Assembly (NCBI RefSeq): GCF_009914755.1
Contig: NC_060927.1
Origin: the human T2T-CHM13v2.0 reference genome, Homo sapiens
Strand: one strand, 5' to 3'
Length of the DNA stretch: 64,000 bases
Below, piece by piece: positions 59,356 through 64,000 of the stretch (position 1 is its first letter; every line of letters begins with the position of its first letter). The notes beneath the pieces are model-generated. The model was not told the DNA's origin. It worked only from the letters and a program-made list of their open reading frames with translations, and ran no database searches. The position numbers and the translations under genes were made by a program.

Positions 59356-59829
59356 TATGAGGCAATAGGCATGGAAATAAAAACCAGGTTTTTTCAACTG
59401 AAATTGAAGGAGAAGAGCTCTTTCTTCTTAGGTGAAGCTTAGAGCAGCCTTGGCCCTAGCTTCAATTGGAAAGATACATAGTTTACAAAATTGAAGCCAA
59501 ACAGGGAGCAAAGAAGAATGGAATAGATGAACGTCAGTGGCAGTTTTATTCCAAGTTCCCACTGATCTTTTCCCTTTCTTTTGTTCAGTAACATGAAGCA
59601 AAAAATTATTTTCCTTGCCTAAAATGAATCAGATTAGATTAGATTTCTGTTACTTGCCTCCAAAGGAATCCTGAATACTATAGTGGACAACAGGCTTCAA
59701 AGAAAGTTCCAACATTGGAGGCTGAGAAGGGGACTCTGGTCAGGAGCCCATTACCTAGACTGAGACCCCACTGTTCCTCCCATCAATGCCAAGCCAAGAA
59801 TATAAAAAATGCCCTTCACAGAAACAACC

Positions 59830-60268
59830 AGGGAGGTGTGATCCTCAGATATGCTTTCAAAAACAAACTTGCCCATAAATTCCAAGGAGAGCAGTTAGCT
59901 GACATCCTCCAGCTGCAGTGCCTTTGGGATCTACTCTAGTGTTTGACCTGAGGCCACATTCTTTTCTGGTAGCTCCAGATGACTAAGCATGGCAGGGGTA
60001 CCAGGCCTGAACATTTTTTGCCCCACTCAAGATTCCTCTATTGCACTGGAGCCCCCATTTTGCAGGCTGTCTTTCTCTGGGTTGCACTAATCTGAGGCTC
60101 TCCGGACCCAATCCTCCTTCTTCCCACTCTCCTTTCCCAGCTATTGGACCTGCATTATAGTCTGAAGGCTTTCCCTCCCTACTCCTTTATCAGCCATTAC
60201 TCCTACTAAATTGAGTGCCCTTCTAACTGTCTTGGCATTTGCTTTCTGGAGGAGCCAACCAGCACACT
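59830..60268 (+). mobile_element. LTR16A/B-like ERVL LTR
   Basis: 3' end gtcttggcatttgctttctggagga...caca. Confidence 0.55.
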
Positions 60269-60940
60269 AACCAAGTGCAGGGCAAGGCCAACAGCTCTCA
60301 TGCTGTCTAGGGGCTGGTGTGAGGAAGAAAGCATGAGATGCAGGTACAATGGAAGGAGGGGAGACTTCTGGAAGATCAATAATTTATGGGTCCACAGCAA
60401 TAACTTGTTTGTGTCTATTGAAGGGAAAACAGAGAGAAGAAGCTGAAGAAGACCATTAATAGCAGCTATGATTGAAATAAAGCAGAGAGAAGAAACATCT
60501 CCCTGGGAACTTTCCTCCTCCTTTCTTGTTGGAATTTTGTATAGACCACCATAAATCAGATGTTTATGGCTCTGAATTCAAGCGCTTTACTTATAACATA
60601 TTCCTTTAACTATGGCATTGATCCCTGTGATGCTGAAGGTACGTTCACATAGCTCTTCGCATTTCCTGAAAAAGGAGAGGGGAATTCTCTTTCATTATAA
60701 CAGGATGTCCTCTCTGTCGATGGCCATAGACATTCCTTGTAGGAAGCTGTTTCAGAATGCTGAAGATTGACTTGTCCAGCAGTTACCTTCCCAGGTCCAA
60801 TACATTGTGATCTTGTGCTGTTGGTGACATCCCCCTAGCCTCCATATTTGTCTCCTTGGCTTCTGCTTCTAGATACCACTATTCCACTCTCTTGTAAACT
60901 TTCTAGCTTTGTTTGATAACATCAAAGGAATAAGGATTTT

Positions 60941-61293
<353 letters not shown>

Positions 61294-61669
61294 CTACTTA
61301 GCTATCTGCCTTTCAAGTATGTTATGAGGATTAGATGAAATACAACGTGCCATGAGACTGGCACATGCACAACATACAGTAGGCACTCCATAAATAGTGT
61401 CCTCTCTTCCTCTCTTTCTCTTCTAAGGCGAAACATCTGGTGTTCACTCTCTGACCTTGCCTTCATAATTGCCATTCTTTACCCTTTTGCTGAAGCTCTT
61501 GCACAACTTCCTCTGACACCCACATCATCTCACAACCACACCCACAACTGGAGTTTTACAATTACCCATCTGTCTCTCAGTTAGGATGTCCCATATTCCT
61601 CCTCCTCCAAAACGAGGAAACTGTAATAACAGCATAATTAACAATGTATTACTAATGTTATAGTAGATC

Positions 61670-62079
61670 CAGTGGTGGGCTGGAGCCAGTTTGTACTGGT
61701 TTACAATAACCAATTGTTAAACTTTCAGTAATTTTGCCAACTGGTTGTTAAATGCAGCCATTACTAAAAATTAAATGTTAAAATAAATTATATTTAAAAT
61801 GAAGGTAAGAATACTCAAAACTCATCACTTACAAATTATTTTACTGCATTTTATTATTTATGCTCTTGAAGTTATTTTCACTTGTGTCTGCATAATGGGA
61901 ATATTGTATAATGGTGTGCCCGTCTCTTTCCACCTCCATGTAAAGTCACATCATGTTGGTAGCTTCAAATCAGCCATAGTAGGAGTATTTTCACCATGGA
62001 AATTGAAAAATGCTGCAAATTATAGAAAATTATAACTTTTTTTCAGAGCCAGTTGTTAAACATTTACAACATAGCACTC
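61670..62079 (+). mobile_element. MER63B (hAT-Blackjack), complete
   Basis: cagtggtgggctggagcc...gttgttaaacattta; 8-bp TSD agt(a/g)gatc. Confidence 0.85.
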
Positions 62080-62496
62080 AGTGGATCCTTTTGAATATGA
62101 TCCAATAATAATAACAGCAACAGCAAAATAACCAATAATAGCTAAAGAAATGAGCTATTTTTTAAAGAAATTAATTACCATCAAGATATCCCCATCAAAC
62201 CATTTGCAATTCCCTAGACACATCATGCTCCCTCATGCCTTCATGTCTTTTTCATTGATCTAAGTACCAGGTTAATAAATGATTAAATGAATGTTTCTCT
62301 TCTGAGCAACCGTATATTCTGTGCTTGTTTTGTTGGATTTATCTCATAATTGTTTATCTTTTCCTACAACATAGTATTCTCCTTGAGGCAGGGACTTTGT
62401 CTTTCAACCTTGGCATTCCCAAGGACTGCTCATAGTAGAAAATCAACAAATGTTTGTTGAATGAATAAAACATTTGAATCATTAGCTTATCTATAG

Positions 62497-63214
62497 CAAT
62501 AGTTCTCAAACATTTAGTCTCAGGACCCCCTTATACCCTTAAAAATTATTGAGGATCCTTAACAGCTTTAGTTAATATGGGTTGTGTCTACTGATACTTA
62601 CAATATTCAAAATTAAAACTGAAAAAATTTTAAAACACAAGAATACATAAGCACACATTCAATTTGTCATGAGAGTAATGATGTCATCACATCACATAGC
62701 TTCTGGGAAACTCCAGTGAATCTTCATGAGAGAATGAGAATAAAAAAGAAAATAATATTTTAGTGTTGGTGTGAAATGTTTTTTGTTTTGTTTTGTTTTG
62801 TTTTGTTTTGTTTTTGAGATGGAGTCTCGCTCTGACGCCCAGGCTGGAGTGCAGTGGCACAATCTCGGCTCACCACCACCTCTGCCTCCCGGGCTCAAGT
62901 GACTCTTCTGCCTCAGCCTCCCCAGCAGCTGGGTCCACCGGCATGTGCCACTATGCCAAGCTAATTTTTGTATTTTTAACAGAGACAGGGTTTCACCATG
63001 TTGGTCAGGCTGGTGTCAAACTCCTGACTTCATGATCCACCTGCCTCAGCCTCCCAAAGTGCTGGGATTACAGGCATGAGCCACCACGCCCGGCCGGTGT
63101 GAAAATACTTTGACCCCACAAGCCCCCTGACTAGATCTCAGGAATTCCCTGAAGGAGTCTCAGGGGCCCTCTGAAGGGTCTCAGGACCCCCAAGCAACAC
63201 ATTGAAAATCACTG
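62497..63214 (+). mobile_element. Charlie1-family non-autonomous hAT element split by an Alu
   Basis: gttctcaaa...gtctcaggacccc...aaaaattattgagga; end ttgaaaatcactg; 8-bp flanks both ending tatag. Confidence 0.75.
62777..63095 (-). mobile_element. AluS with (GTTTT)n tail
   Basis: TSD ggtgtgaaa. Confidence 0.93.
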
Positions 63215-63703
63215 CCTTATAGTAATTCTTCAACTAAATAAACTAACTCAGAAAAAAACATTCCACAGAGTTAGGTACAATGGATTTGATGATTTAGGAT
63301 TAAGCACAGTAACTCTGTCCCAGAGGGAACTTGGAGAAAGGTGGACTGGTAGTCATTTGATGTGAGTCATTGTTTTGTGGATTAAATAATTTTGTAAAGT
63401 GAAAACGTGGTACTAAGCACATTAATCAATTACATATTTTTGATAGACTTTCTATAGGCTGAGGTATTTTTTAAATCAAGTAATTGGCATATTTTAGCAA
63501 CCGATATTTTGGGGTATATTTTATGACTCTTGACCTTACGCTGGAAGCAGCACTAACTTTAAAACTCTCCAGCTACAGAACCCTAGTCTCCTATCAGGCT
63601 TTCTGAGACTGAGAAGAAGTGGTCAATAAATAGTGATTCCTGTGGTTTCCTTTTGAATTAAAGACTTTTCTGATTGAAACATTCATGCAGCTTTATAATC
63701 TGG

Positions 63704-64000
63704 TGTGATTAGTCCATTCTCACACTGCTATAAATACCTGAAACTGGGTAATTTATAAAGAAAAGAGGTTTAATTGACTTACAGCTCCACAAGCTGTACA
63801 GGAAGTATGGCTGAGGATGTCTCAGGAAATTTGCAATCATGGCAGAAGGCAAAGAGGAAGCAGGCACATCTTACATGGTGGGAGTAGGAGAAAGAGAGTG
63901 AGGGGGAAGGTGCTACACACTTTTAAAACACCAGATCTCATGAGAACTCACTCATTATCATGAGAACAGCAACAGGGAAGTCCACCCTCAGTATCCAATC
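63704..64000 (-). mobile_element. THE1D/MSTA MaLR LTR (runs off the window)
   Basis: ttagtccattctcacactgctataaa...aatcatggcagaagg...ccagatctcatgagaactcactc. Confidence 0.85.

Overview
Human genomic DNA: a near-perfect AluYb8 at 47765-48081 belongs to a human-specific subfamily. The window is non-coding and dominated by transposable elements, and I can support no protein-coding exon. The long ORFs in the track come from an L1 ORF2 fragment, a processed pseudogene, Alus or microsatellites. Non-TE items are one intact tRNA-Cys(GCA) gene (2274-2345, minus), a full-length RPL7 processed pseudogene inside a MER33 (13914-14753, minus) and a U13/SNORD13 snoRNA retrocopy split by an Alu (51077-51497). 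From memory only (unverified), this tRNA plus RPL7-retrocopy pairing resembles chr3q22.1 near CPNE4/ACP3. The most unusual observation is a MER82 DNA transposon whose interior is replaced by an inverted copy of neighbouring L1 DNA from about 3 kb away. Also notable: a five-level nested TE stack at 44.8-48.8 kb, a dense group of solo LTRs (44.9-59.2 kb) carrying p53, STAT/GAS and TATA/GC-box motifs, a candidate CTCF site with upstream motif, and a miR-1302-like MER53 hairpin. I found no convincing new multi-gene system. Repeat subfamily names were assigned by eye from recalled consensus sequences and need RepeatMasker/Dfam confirmation.
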